A DNA stretch of 64,000 nt from positions 32,001-96,000 of the forward strand of contig JBGANF010000002.1 in NCBI GenBank assembly GCA_044222475.1. Direction: 5' to 3'. Source of the stretch: Polyangiaceae bacterium (GTDB lineage: Bacteria > Myxococcota_A > Polyangia > Polyangiales > Polyangiaceae). The notes under the pieces are model-generated. The model searched no databases, was not told where the DNA came from, and saw nothing but the letters and a program-made list of their open reading frames with translations. A program made the translations under genes and the position numbers. This document shows, one piece after another, positions 43,986 through 56,800 of this stretch (positions are counted from its first letter, which is position 1; each line of letters opens with the position of its first letter).

Positions 43986-45636
43986 TCACCTCGTGACCGC
44001 TCGCGCTCCACGGACGCCCTGCGTCTCGTCGAGCGCGAGCAGGAAGTCTCCGAGGAACCGACCGCGGTCCGCGATCTTGTCGGGCATGGCGATTGCGCGG
44101 AGCGTTCGATCGATCGCGCGGCCGTAGCGCGGCGCGCGATCGGGCGACTTCCTCGCGAGATCGGCGAGGACGCGGAGCATCACGACGTTGTCCTCGAACG
44201 GCTTCCGCCGCACGGCGAAGATTCCGACGGCGCCCTTGTCTTCGGTGTGGGCGTAGAAGCCGCCGGCCTTGGCGTCCTCCATCGACGCGAGGATCGCGTC
44301 GACGAGGGCGAGCGCCTTCGGGAGTCGCTCCTTCTGCCCGGCGTCGACGAGGGCGACGAGGCCCCACGCGAAGGCAGCGTTGTCGGCGAGGTGGGCGACC
44401 GCGGCCTCAGACCCCGCCGCATGGTCGGGGCTAGCGTCGGCGTCGTGGGCCAGCAGGCCGTCCTTGCGTTCGTGGGTCTGGACGATGCGGTCCGCGGCGC
44501 GCGCCGCACGGGCCACCGCCCCGGCATCTCCGAGCCATTTCGCGTAGGTGCAGTATGCATGGATCGCGAGGCCGTTCTCGCGCGGGTACTCGTGGGTGTC
44601 GACGCGGGGCATCCCGAGCGCGAGCCTCCCGGCTTCGTCCTTCGCGTAGTACTCGTGGCCGGTGAGGAAGGTCTTCCCCCGCTCGTGCGCGTTCAGGTCG
44701 GCGTCCTGCGTCGTGTAGAAGCCGCCCTCGGGTCCCGACAGGAAGCGATCGATGTAGGACTTGATCGCGACGGCCGCCTTCACGAAGCGTGCATCACCGG
44801 TGAGCTTGCCCGCCTCGGCGTAGTTCTCGAGCGCGCCCGCGTTGAAGTACATGAGCTTCTCGAAGTGGGCGTGCTTCCAATCGCCGTCGGTCGAGTACTG
44901 GTAGATGCCGCCCCAGACCGGATCGATGATGTCGAGCTGCTTCTCGAGCGAGAAGAGCGCGCGCTTCTTCGCGACGTCGCCGCCGGCGCGACCCCGCGCG
45001 AGCGACCACGCGTTGTCGTAGAAGAGCGGCACCTTCTGCTCGTGACCCCAGCTGCCTTGCTCCTCGTCCCAACGCTCGTCGAGGAGGAGCGCGGTCATGC
45101 GGGCGATCCACGCGAGGTGCTCCTCGGTGAGGGGCGCGTCGGGGATCGGCGGCTCCTCGGTGGGTGTCCCGCTGCCCGCCTTGGTGCCGGCGGCGACGAC
45201 GTCGCTCAAGATGTCCTTGAAGCTCGCCGGATCGAGGAAGCCTTTGTACTTCCCGAGCTCGATCGCGTCGGGCGAGAAGATGACCGTCGCCGGCCATCCG
45301 TACTCGGCGTAGCGCTCCTCGACGTCGGGCCGCGCGTCGACGTCGACCTTGGCCGCGAGGAAGTGGGCGTCGATGAGCTTTCGCACCTCGGGGTCGTGGT
45401 AGGTCACGGCCTCCATCACGTGGCACCAGTGGCACCACTCGGCCGAGCCATCCATGATGACGAACTTGTTCTCGGCCTTGGCGCGGGCGAAGAGCTTGGC
45501 GTCGAACGCGAGCCAGGGGAGCTCTTCCTTCGGGGTGGCGTCCCAATGTGGGACGGGAGCGGCGGCTGTCGTCGGCGCGACCGCTGGGGCGCACGCGGCG
45601 ACGGATCAGACGAGAGGGAGAACGGAGGAGACGCAC
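43986..45636 (-). CDS. Thioredoxin-like DUF255/YyaL-type protein with a disrupted 5' end
   Basis: PWLAF...ARAKAENK..IMDGSAEWCHWCHVME, VDVDARPD, GWPAT, DPVWGG.YQYS, HFEKLM. The frame is open upstream of 45455 up to an in-frame TGA at 45606-45608. Confidence 0.8.
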
Positions 45637-45671
45637 TCGGACATTCTACGCGCGAGACCGGTTTCGTGGTT

Positions 45672-45812
45672 GCGCAGGGCTGCCAGCGTCTCGCAACTCA
45701 CTCCAGATGCAGAGCACCTCCCGAAGTCTCCATCTCGCTTCCGCGCGCAGGGCTGCCAGCGTCTCGCCACTCACCCCAGGTGCAAAGCACCCTGCCAGTT
45801 TCTCCCACTCAC
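45672..45812. repeat. 47-bp direct repeat (two copies, 73-bp period) plus a degenerate third part-copy
   Basis: gcgcagggctgccagcgtctcgc(a/c)actcac(t/c)ccag(a/g)tgca(g/a)agcacc at 45672 and 45745; ctgccagtttctcccactcac at 45792. Confidence 0.85.
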
Positions 45813-46885
45813 ATCCCTCGCAGCATTCTCCAATCCAGGACGAGGGCCTCCCGCGGCGAAACCGACAGCTCGATGCTCCGGTGCAGCCCCACCGCGTCTC
45901 CCCCGATCTCCAGCGGCATCGGGCGTGAGAACGTCATCCGAACCGACTTGGCGAACCAGTCGTGCATGCCGCGGAGCGGGTAGGTGCCACGCCAGAGGCG
46001 CGGAATGCTGCCGATCGCGCCGCCTGCGGTGCGGTCGTAGATGCGGACGTTGATCATCCCGAGGAAGCGCTCCGCGTGGGGGAACGCCTTGAAGTGGTAG
46101 CCGTACTCCGCGATCGTCGCCGCGCCAGCCACGCTCGCCGGACCGTCGTAGAGGACCGCGCCGTGGCCGACCTCGGCCAGTCGCAGGAGCTTCTGATCCG
46201 CGGTCATCGTGTAGACCTCGTCGCCGCGGTTCTCGATGATCACGTGCGGCCGTCCGAAGAGGATCGTCTTCGGCGCGGTGCGGAAGAGCATCGCCGTGAG
46301 GTAGCCGTAGACGCTCTTCGCGAAGAAGCGCGGCGGGCCCTTCGACGCGGCGAGCTGGTCCTTGTAGTCGTTTAGGATCTGCGCGTCCCAGCCGCACCCG
46401 GCGAAGCAGCTCAGCGTGCCGTTGCAGTCGACGAGGCCGAAGCGGCGGAGGGGCAGACCGACGCCGCGCTTGCGCGCGGTGCGGAGCAGATCGAGGGACT
46501 CCGAGAGCTTCGGCGCGCCGACGACGTTCGCCCACGCGTTCCCGGTTCCGAGCTTGAGGAACCCGACCGGCGGGAGCGGACCCTCCGGCACGACGCGAGC
46601 GAGCGCGTTGACGAGCGAGATCGCGGTTCCGTCGCCGCCGGCAGCGAGGAAGCAGAGCGGTTGGCGGCGGGGAAGGATCTCTCGCAGCCACGCGTCGACC
46701 TCGCCCTGCGACTTCGTGAGGCGAACGTCCGCGGCCGGCAGCTCGCGCGCGATCTGAACCGCGACGCGGCGGCCGCCGCGCTTCGCGTTCGCGTTCACGA
46801 GGACGGCGATGCCGACGCCACCTTCGCCTGGGGCTTCGAGCGGAGGCGCGCTCGGCCTCGGAGACGCGGCGACGTCGACGATCAT
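45809..46885 (-). CDS. Diacylglycerol/lipid kinase family protein
   Basis: VLVNANA, AGGDGT, LGTGNAWA, GCGWDA, LEIGGD; ATGA overlap with plsC. Confidence 0.88.
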   Translation of the reverse strand: MIVDVAASPRPSAPPLEAPGEGGVGIAVLVNANAKRGGRRVAVQIARELPAADVRLTKSQGEVDAWLREILPRRQPLCFLAAGGDGTAISLVNALARVVPEGPLPPVGFLKLGTGNAWANVVGAPKLSESLDLLRTARKRGVGLPLRRFGLVDCNGTLSCFAGCGWDAQILNDYKDQLAASKGPPRFFAKSVYGYLTAMLFRTAPKTILFGRPHVIIENRGDEVYTMTADQKLLRLAEVGHGAVLYDGPASVAGAATIAEYGYHFKAFPHAERFLGMINVRIYDRTAGGAIGSIPRLWRGTYPLRGMHDWFAKSVRMTFSRPMPLEIGGDAVGLHRSIELSVSPREALVLDWRMLRGM

Positions 46886-47604
46886 CGTCCCTCCGTCAGG
46901 CCTTGCGCGATCGCTGCGCGCACGTCGGCGATGAGCGCGTCGCGGCCGGGCTTGCCTCGGGCGGCGTACGGCGCCGTGTCGATCGGCGGCGCGATGCTCA
47001 CCCGCACGACCGCGCCGGCGATCGAACGCGCCGCCGACGGTGGAAGAGCGTCCCTCGTGCCGTCGACCGAGACCGGGAGGATCGGGAGACCCATCTCGAT
47101 CGCGAGGTTGAAGCCACCCTTCTTGAAAGGCAAGAGCTCCCCGGTCTTGCTCCGGGTTCCCTCCGGCGCGATGAAGACGTTGAAGCCCTGCGCGAGGATC
47201 GACTTCGCCTTGTCCAAGCTCGCCACCGCTCGCGCGCGATTGCTTCGGTCGACGGAGATGAAGCCAGCCGCTTCCATCGCCGCTCCGAACACCGGGACGC
47301 GGAAGAGCTCCTTCTTCGCGACCATGCGGATGTTGCCGCCGAGCACGTGGTAGAGCACCGGGATGTCGTAGTGCGACTGGTGGTTGCTCATGATCACGTA
47401 CGTGCGCGCCCGATCCTGATGCTCCCGTCCGTGGACCTCGAGCCGCAGCTCCAGGTTCTCGACGACGCGCGCGCTCCACGAGGCGAGCCGGCGGTTGCAC
47501 TCCTCCATGTCGATGCGATGGCGCGAGGCATCGACCACGGTGGGAAACGAGATCGCGAACGTCTCGTAGACGTTGCGGAGCGAGAGCGCCAAGGACCGCG
47601 CCAT
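46882..47604 (-). CDS. plsC: 1-acyl-sn-glycerol-3-phosphate acyltransferase
   Basis: NHQSHYD, AKKELF..PVFG, FIAPEGTRS, PFKKGGF. ATG at 47604. Confidence 0.9.
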   Translation of the reverse strand: MARSLALSLRNVYETFAISFPTVVDASRHRIDMEECNRRLASWSARVVENLELRLEVHGREHQDRARTYVIMSNHQSHYDIPVLYHVLGGNIRMVAKKELFRVPVFGAAMEAAGFISVDRSNRARAVASLDKAKSILAQGFNVFIAPEGTRSKTGELLPFKKGGFNLAIEMGLPILPVSVDGTRDALPPSAARSIAGAVVRVSIAPPIDTAPYAARGKPGRDALIADVRAAIAQGLTEGR

Positions 47605-47853
47605 TTCCTTGGAAAGCCAAGCAGCCCCGGGCGCGCCGGCGCAAGGGAATTCGGCGCTTTTTCGAGCGTGAAAGAGGTGCCAGACCGCTCTTGCGATCGG
47701 CTCGCCGGGGCCGTAGCATCGGAAAACTCCGCTGGGAATTCCCGTGCGGTTTCGAGCAGTTCCGCTGTCTGGGTGCGCCCTCGCAGCTTCCTCCCTGCAT
47801 CGCCCTGCCTTCGGGTGCGATGCGGGCTCGCAGTCCCCTCCCTCAGGTGATGG

Positions 47854-50800
47854 ATGAGCGCTCAAGACCTTCGTAGCTCTCTCGGTTTGCTCCAGGACGA
47901 TCCCGAAAACGAGTCCGCGTACGCGCAGCTCTCGCAGGCCATCGGCAAAGGAGACGTCGAAGGGATGACGCGTGAAGAGGTCGGGCGCCTCCTCGCCTCG
48001 GCCCGCCACGCGCACGAAGGGCGGCGCGAGCACGACGCCGCGGCGTCCTTGCTCGAGCTCGAGCTGGTCGTCGCTCAGGGCGGCCCGATGGAGCACGAGC
48101 TCCTGATGATGCTCGCTCGCACGTGCGAGCAGGAGCTCTTCGACGACGCCCGCGCGGCCGCAGCCTTCGAGCGGATCGTCGCTCTCGTCCCGGGAGACGC
48201 CGCCGCCGCCGAGGCCCTCGAGCGCATCTCGGCCAAGCGAAGCAAGTGGAACGATCTCGTTCTGCGCTACGTCGAAGAGGCGAACGCCGCCGGCGAGCCC
48301 GGCTTCAAGAGCTCGCTCCTCGTGAGCGCCGCCGAGGTCGCCTACCGATACGGCCGACACGCGATCCAGAGCTCCGGCGAGAAGGGCATCAAGAAGAAGC
48401 TCGCGGCGCTCAACGCCGAGATCATGCAGCGGCTCGAAGAAGCGTTCCGCCTCGATCCGCGGAGCCGCCGCTGCGCGGCGCTGCTCGAGCGCGTGTACCG
48501 CGAGCACAAGAAGTGGGAAGAGCTCGCCCAGGTCCTCGAGAAGGCCGGCGCCGAGTCGACGGTCAAGGAAGAGAAGACGGCGGCCTTCGTCCGCCTCGCG
48601 CGCGTCCTCACGAAGAAGCTCGAGTCTCCGGAGCGAGCGGTGGCCGCGTACGAGCGCGTGCTCGATCTTTCGCCCGGTCACAACGAGGCGACGACCGCGC
48701 TGGTCGACTTCTTCACCTCGCGTGAGATGTGGGATCACCTCGTCTCGCTCTACGACGAGCAGCTCGCGGCTTCGCAGCGCGCGGGTCATCCGGATCCGGG
48801 CATCGCGTTCCAGATCGCGATGGTCCACTGGCGCATGCGCGGTCGCGCCGACGCCGCCGAGCCCTACTTCGAGAAGCTCCGCAAGGTCGAGCCGGCGCAC
48901 CCCGGCATGCTCAACTTCTTCCGCGAGTACCTCGGGCAGAAGGGGGACAACGCGAAGCTCAGCCAAGTCCTGACCGACGCGCAGCGGGCGATGCCGGAGG
49001 GACCGGCACGCGCGCAGATCGCGGTCGAGCTCGCACGCCTTGCCGAAGAAGGCGCGAACGCGACGAAGGCGATCGAGCAGTGGCGTGCCCTCCTGCGTCA
49101 GGATCCGACGAACCACGACGCGCGAGACGCGCTCAAGCGCCTCTACCGTCAATCGGCGGCGTGGCCGGCGCTCGGCGACCTGCTCCGCGGCGAGCTCGAG
49201 AAGATCCCCGCGGACGACAAGGCAGCGCGGCTCCCGATCCTCAAGGAGATCGCGGTGCTCTATCGCGACCACCTGAAAAACGACGCCGGTCTCGTGTCGG
49301 TGCTCACGCAGATCTCGGCGCTCGATCCGGACGACACCGAGACGGTCCGCGAGCTCGTGCGCGTGTACGAGGCGCTCGGGCGCGTCCGCGATCTCCTCGT
49401 GTCCCAGGCTCGCCTCGCCGACCTGGAGACGGATCCGGGGACCAAGGCCGAGCTCCATCGTCTCGTCGCGCGTCGCTACCTCGAGCAGTTCTCGAACGTG
49501 CAGAACGCGACCGAGGCGTACGAGAAGCTCATCCAGATCCTCCCGCAGGACCCCGAGGCGACGGAGAAGCTCAAGGAGCTCTACGTCAAGCGTCGCTCCT
49601 ACAAGCCGCTCTACGATCTCATGGAGGCCGAGGCCTCGCGTCTCGGCGAAGGCCCCGAGCGGCGCGCCGCGTGGATCGAGATGGCAAAGCTCGCCGGCGA
49701 ACGCCTCGATCGCGCCGAGGATGCCGTCGCCCTGTATCGCAAGGTCCTCGAGGAGGAGCCGGGCGCGCTCGCCGCGCTCGACGCGCTCGAGAAGCTCGCC
49801 GAGCGCGAGAAGGACTATCCCACCGTCGCCGATGCGCTCGAGCGGCGCCTCCTCGTCACCGAAGGGGAGCAAGCGAAGCTGTCGGTGCTGCAGAAGCTCG
49901 GCGTCCTCTACGCCGAGCGCCTCCAGGATCCCAAGGGCACCGTGCGAACGTTCCGGCGCGTGCTCGAGGTGTCACCGGGGAACGCGAAGGCGCTCCGCGT
50001 CCTCCGCGATGCGTACCTCGGGTCCGGTGACTACGACGGCCTCGAAGCCCTCTTCGCCGAGTCGCAGGACTGGGAAGGGCTCGCGGACGTGCTCTCGAGC
50101 GCGGCCGACCGCGCGACGGACTCCGCCGCGAAGGTCGAGCTTTCGTTCCGCAGCGCGGACGTCTACGTCAACAAGATCCAGTCGCCCGAGCGCGCGTTCC
50201 GCGCGTACGAGCGCGTTCTCTCCGTCCGCCCGGACGACGCACGCGCCGCCGCTGCGCTCATCCCCCTCTACGAGAAGGAAGAGCGCTGGCCGCGCTTGCC
50301 CCCGCTGTACGAGGTGCTCCTCGCCCACGCCGGGTCCACCGCGGAGAAGCTCGAGCTGCTCGGCAAGCTCGTCTCGATCACGTCCGAGAAGCTCCAAGAC
50401 GGCGGAGCCGCGTTCGGCTACGCGCGCAAAGCGTACGAGCTCGCGCCCGACGCTCCGGGGGCGCTCGACGCGCTCGAAGCGGTCGCGCGACGGAGCCGCG
50501 AGTGGAGCGCGTTCGTCGACACGATCGAGGCTCGCGAGAAATCGGCGAGCGACGCCGAGGAGAAGCGCGCGCTCGCGGCGAAGAAGGCGGAGATCTCGGC
50601 GACCGAGCTCGGCAAGGTCGACGAAGCCATCGCGACGTATCGTGCTCTCGTCGAGCAGAACCCCGATGACGAGGTAGCCGTCGGCGCGCTCGATCGCATC
50701 CTGCGCAGTGCCGACCGTCGCGACGACCTGCGATGGCTCTACGACCTCCGCGTCGAGCGCGCGAACACCGCGCAGAAGCTCGAGCTGTTGAACGAGTGGG

Positions 50801-53800
50801 CGACGCTCGAAGAGGAGGCTCTCGCGGCGCCCGATCAGGCGGTGAAGCTGTACCGTCGCATCCTCGAGATGGTGCCGAAGCACGGTCGCGCCCTGCGTTC
50901 GCTCGCGCGCCTGCTGCAGACGAGCGGAGACGCCGCCGAGGCGGCCGCGATGCTCGAGCGCGAGCGCGACCAGCGCGAAGGACCGGAGCGCGCCGCACGC
51001 GAGATCGAACTCGCGAAGCTCTACGCCGGCCCGCTCAAGCGCCCCAACGACGCTCTCGAGGCCATCAAGCGCGCGCTCGAGCTGTCACCGAACGACACCG
51101 GCGCGATCGCCCAGCTCGAAGAGCTCCTCAACGTGCCCCAGACCCGCGGCCGCGTCGCGAGCGTGCTCGAGGGCATCTACGCCGATCGAGGCGACGGCGC
51201 CCGACAAGCTCAAATCCTCGAGGTGCTCCTCGCGACGACGGCGGCGAAGGCCGACCGTCTCCCTCTGTACGACCGTCTGCTCGGCGTGCACGAGAACCTC
51301 GGCAACCTGGAGATGGCGTTCGACGTCGGCGTCCGCGCGACGACCGATTTCCCGATGGAGCTCGCGCTCTGGGATCGGCTCAGCGTCCTCGCGAACCGCA
51401 CCCAGAAGACTCCCCAGTTCGTCGAGGCCCTCGCGGCCGCCCTCCCCGAGGGGGCGCCCAGCGGGCTGTCGCCGGCGGTCGAAGCCGATCTCGCCGAGCG
51501 TGCCGCCACGATGTACGACGAGTCGCTCGGCGACGTCGAACGCGCACGTCCCTATTTGGAGCGCGTCCTCCGGATCGATCCGACGAACGACCGCGCCTTC
51601 GCGCGTCTCAAGCAGATCCTGACCTCGCTCGAGCGCTGGGACGACCTCGAGGCGCTGTACGAGCGCACCGTGCTCGCCGCCGAGGAGCATCGCCGCCCCG
51701 ATCTCCTCGCCGAGGTCGCTCTTCTCGCCGAAGAGATCATCGGCGATCGCGTCAAAGCGATCCGCTACTACGAGCGCATCCTCGAGATCGATCGCGGTCA
51801 CGAGCAGGCGACGCGCTCGCTCGACGCGCTCTACGCGTCCGAGGGCGCGTGGGACCGGCTCGCGGCGCTCCTCGAGCGTCGCCTCGAAGGAGCATCCGGC
51901 GAAGAAGCGCAGGCGCTCCGCTTGCGGCTCGGCGCGCTCCACGCCACTCGGCTCGACAACGGCTCGCGCGCGCTCGATTACCTCGAGGCCGCGCTCACGT
52001 CGGACCCGTCGAACCACGAGGCGCGCGATCACGTCGAGAAGCTGCTCGAGGATCGCACGCTCCGCGCCCGCGCCGCCGTCATCCTCGAGGCGGTCTACGT
52101 CGCGCAGGACCAGCCGCGCGATCTCGTCCGCATCCTCGAGGTGCGCCTGGAGTCCGCGAGCGACGCGGAGCGCGTCGAGCTCCTTCGCCGCGCCGCCGAG
52201 CTGCGCGACGAACGCCTGAACGAGGACGTCGCTGCGCTCGACACGTACGCGCGGCTCGTCCCGCTCGCTCCGGAGGACACCCACTCGCGCGAGCGCTTGC
52301 TCGACCTCGCGCGGCGCGTCGGTGCGCACGAGCAGGCGGCCGAGGTGCTCTCCGCCGCCGCCAAGAACGCGGCGACTCCGCAACCGCGCGGCGAGATCCT
52401 CTCGCAGGTCGCGCACATCTACGAGGACCTCCTCTCCGACAGCGCGAAGGCAGAGGCCGCGTACCGAGAGGTGCTCACGCTCGACGAGAGCGACGCTGCC
52501 CTGACGTTGCCGGCGGCGCGTGCGCTCGAGAAGATCTACGCTGCTTCGAACCGTCACGAAGATCTCGCGCGGATGCTCGCGATCCAGGTCAAGCTCGAGG
52601 ACGACGGTGCGGTCAAGCGCGAGCTCCGCGGCCGACTCGGCGACCTCTACGAGACGGCCCAAAACGATCGCGCGGCGGCCATCGCCGTGTGGCGCGCGTG
52701 CGTCGATGACGACTCGTCGGACGAGCGAGCGCTCGCGGCGCTCGATCGCCTGTACGCGGCCGGGGGCGAACACCGCGCCCTCGTCGACGTCCTGCGTCAG
52801 CGCGAGCGGCTCGTGACCGACGGAGGCGAGCGCAAGGCGCTCATGCTCCGCCTCGCCGAGACCCTCGCCGGGAAGCTCTCCGACGTGCCGGAGGCGATCG
52901 CCGCGTATCGCGCGGTGCTCGACGACTTCGGCGCCGAGCGACCCGTGCTGGCGGCGCTCGCCACCTTGTACGACGTCGCCGATCGCCACCCGGAGCTCGC
53001 CGAGACGCTCGAGAGCGAGCTCGGAATGGTCGACGCGCCTGGTGACCGGCTCGCGCTGCTCGCGCGCCTCGGTGAGGTGCGGCGTCGCAAGCTCGGCGAC
53101 GTGCCGGGCGCGATGGATGCCTATCGCCAGGCGCTCACCATCGATCCGTCTCACGCGCCCAGCCGGGCCGCCCTCGAGGAGCTCCTCGACGACGCGAACG
53201 CGCGGCGCGACGCTGCCGAGACCCTGCGGCCGCTGTACGAGGCCGACGGCGAGCACAAGAAGCTCCTCCGCGTCCTCGACATCGAGGCGGAGTACGCCGA
53301 CTCGCCGTCCGACAAGCTCGCGCTCTTCGCCCAGGCGGCGATGGTCGCGGAGCAGTCGCTCGGTGACATGAACCGCGCGTTCGACGACACCGCGCGCGGC
53401 GTTCGCCAGGCCGTCGGCGAGCCCGAGCTCCCCAACTGGCTCGAGCGCGCCGAGCGTCTCGCCGCCGCCACCGATCGCCACCGCGATCTCATGGAGCTGC
53501 TCAAGGCGATCGCGCCCGAGGTCCTCGACGAGAACCTCCAGCTCGACGTCACGCTCAAAGTCGCGGAGCTCGCCGAGGCGCGCCTCGCCGACGTGCCGCT
53601 CGCTCGCACCTACTACGAGAAGGCGCTCGCCATCCGCGACACCGACGTGCGGACGTTGTCGTCGCTCGAGCGCCTGTACGACGCGCTGAGCGATCACTCG
53701 GCGCTCCGAGGCATCCTCGAGAAGCGCGCGGAAGGAGCGGAGTCGGAGTCGGAGCAGAAGGAGTACCTCTTCAAGCTCGCGCGCCTCTGCCACGAGAAGC

Positions 53801-56800
53801 TCGGCGATTCGCCGGCCGCCATCCAGACCTACGAGCGCATCCTCGACCTCGGGCTCGATCCGGCGGCCGTCGCCGAGCTCGAGCGTCTCTACGGGGAGGC
53901 GTCGCGCTGGGACGACCTCGTGGCTCTCTACGAGCGGCAGATCGGCGCCGACCCGGAGAGCGAGAAGAAGGCGAGCCTCCACCAGAAGATTGGCGACGTC
54001 TTCGAGAAGCGCATCTCGGATCTCGACCGCGCGTTCGGCGAGTACGAAGCGGCGCTGCGCCTCTCGGCGCAGCACGGCGCGACGGTGGCGTCGCTCGAAG
54101 GGCTGATGAAGAACCCCGAGCACGCCGCCCGCGCGGCCGAGATGCTCGAGGCGGTGTACCTCGCGCGGCTCGATTGGCGCCGCGTGATGGGCACAGTCGA
54201 GGCTCGCCTCGCCGTGAGCCAAGATCCCGACGAGCGTCGCGAGCTCCTCCGTCGTCTCGCGAAGCTCCACGAGGAACAAGAAGAGAACTACCCGGCCGCG
54301 CTCGAGACCACCGCGAAGCTCCTCGCCGAGGACGTGTCGGACGAATCGACGTGGGGAGAGCTCGAGCGTCTCGCGCGCGTCGCCAACAGCGAGCGCCGAC
54401 TCGCCGACATCTTCGCGGCCGAGCTCGACAAGGTGACCGCGGAAGAAGGGGCGACGGCGAAGCTCGCCAAGCGCACCGGCGAGCTGTTCGAACGCCAGAA
54501 AGACGCCGAGCAAGCGCTGAAGTACTACCGGCGCGCGTATGCGTTCGCGCCCGAGGAGTCGGAGGGCGTCTTCGAGGCGATCGACCGTCTCCTTCGCGAG
54601 CTGTCGCGGCCGAAGGACCGAGTCACCCTCTACCGAGACGCACTCCAACACCGCGACGATCCGGCCGCGCGGCTCACGACCCTGCACACGATCGCGCTGC
54701 TCGAAGAGGCCGAGATCGGCGACGACGACGCAGCGATCGAGACCTACCGCGCCGCCCTCGACGTCGACGAGACCGACGCGCACTCGTTGGAGTCGCTCGC
54801 GCGCCTCTACGCGCGCCGCGAACGCTTCCGCGACCTCGCCGATCTCACCCGGCGTCGCGCGGAGCAGGCGGCTCTGCCCGAGGAAGAGGCGAAGTTCCGG
54901 TTCGATCTCGGTCAGCTCCTCGAGCACAAGCTCGGCGAGAAGGGGACCGCGATCGACGAGTACCAAGCCGTGGTCGACGTCCTGCCGCCAGGGGCGGGGA
55001 GCCCCGCGTCGCAAGGTGCGGTCGAAGCGCTCGAGCGCCTCCTCAAGGACGAGGAGCACAAGGCGCGCATCATCGACATCCTCCGCCCGATCTACGAGCG
55101 CGCCGACGATTGGCGCCACCTCGTGACCGTGAACGAGGAGCGACTCCGCCTCGCCGGCGACCCGCAGGAGCGCGTCAGCGTGCTTCGTGAGACGGCGAAG
55201 CTCCTCGAGGACCGCGGCGGCGATCGCGCTGGCGCGTTCGAGGCGGTGCGCGAGGCGTTCGTCCTCGATCCCGAGGACGGCGAATCGCGGGCCGAGCTCG
55301 ACCGGCTCGGTGAAGCGACCGAGCGTTGGGACGAGCTCGCCGACACGTACGAGAAGGCGATCGAGAAGACCGAGGACTTCGCCAAGCGCGAGCTGCTCGG
55401 CGCGCTGGCCAAGCTCCACGACGCCAAGCGCGACGACCCGCGCCGCGCACTCGACGCGTACGAGCGCCTTTTCGCCCTCGACGAGACCGACATCGCTCCG
55501 CTCGAGCAGATGGATTCACTCGCGACGCTCCTGTCGGACTGGGAGCGGCTCGTCCGGATCCTCGCGAAGAAGGCGGAGCTCCTCCCGAACGACGAAGACC
55601 GCGCCAGCACGTGGCGGCGCATCGCCGAGTCGAAGCGGGACATGTTGGAAGACGCCCCCGGCGCCATCCAAGCCTACGAACGTGCGCTCGAGCTCGAGCC
55701 CGACAGCGCGTGGACGATCGACAACCTCATCCCCCTCTACGAGGCGAAGAACGACGCGGCGCGGCTGGTGGACCTCTACCGCCGGCGCATCGATCTGTGC
55801 GGCGAGGACGACGGCGAGCTGCGCCACCAGCTCCTGCTCGACGCGGCGACTCGGTACGAGACCGGGCTGAGCGATCGTCGCGAGGCGATCAACCTCCTGT
55901 CGGAGGCTCTCGGTCATCGGCCGGGCGATGCAGGCGTCACCGAGCGCCTGAGCAAGCTCTACGAGCAAGAGAAGATGTGGCCGGAGCTCCTCGAGAACCT
56001 CAAGCTCCAGGCGGCATCGAGCAGCGGCGACGAACGGCGCGCGCTCAAGAAGCGAATCGGCGGCCTCCTCGCCTCCGAGCTCGACGACGCTCGCGCTGCG
56101 CTCGACGCGTACCGCGAGGTGCTCGACGAGGGCTTCGACGAACCGTCCGCGAAGGCCGTTCGCGAGCTCGGCGAGCAGCGCGAAGAGCTCCGCGGCGAAG
56201 CAGCCGACGTCCTCGAGCCCGTCTTGCGGGCCGCGGGGAAGGACGCCGAGGTCGCGGCCGTGCTCGAGATGCGCCTGCGGAGCCAGACCGATCCGGTCGA
56301 CCGTGCGCGCACGCTGCGCGCGATCGCCCAGGTCGCCGAGGGGAAGCTCGGCGACGCGGGGCGCGCGTTCGACGCGCTCCTCCGAGCGCTCGCGGACGAG
56401 CCCCACGAGCAGGAGCTCCACGCGGAGCTCGTTCGCCTCGCCGGGACCCTCGGCAAGGGCGCGTGGGAGCGCTACGCAGACGCGCTCAGCGAGCGCGCCG
56501 GCGCGCTCTTCGACGCGAGCTTGGCGTCGGAGCTGTTCGTGCGATTGGGCAAGGTCGCCGAGGAGCAGCTCGGTGACGACGCGCGTGCGGCGAAGGCCTA
56601 CGGTGCCGCGACCGAGCAGACCGGCGACTCCGTCGAGACCCTGTCGGCGCTCGATCGTCTCTACGGTCGCCTCGGCGAGACGAAGAGCCTCGCCGGAGTG
56701 CTCGAGCGACGAGCCTCGATGGAGGCGGATCCGCAGGTCCAATCCGAGCTCGAGTTCCGCCTCGCGAGTCTCCAGATCAAGGAGTTCGGCGAGCGCCCCA

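Noticed and set aside
45606..45608. Selenocysteine readthrough of the in-frame TGA
   Set aside because: The TGA lies in a signal-peptide-like region, not at the CHWC redox motif, and I see no convincing SECIS hairpin after it.
45672..45812. Mini CRISPR array
   Set aside because: Only two 47-bp copies with 4 mismatches, one short spacer, no leader and no cas genes in the window.
51085..55419. Very long antisense or alternative-frame ORFs (e.g. 51085..55419, 38406..41720, 12476..15250, 28376..31033, 26028..28436)
   Set aside because: Shadow ORFs expected from high GC3 codon bias. They overlap well-supported genes and have Arg/Ala-rich, motif-free translations.
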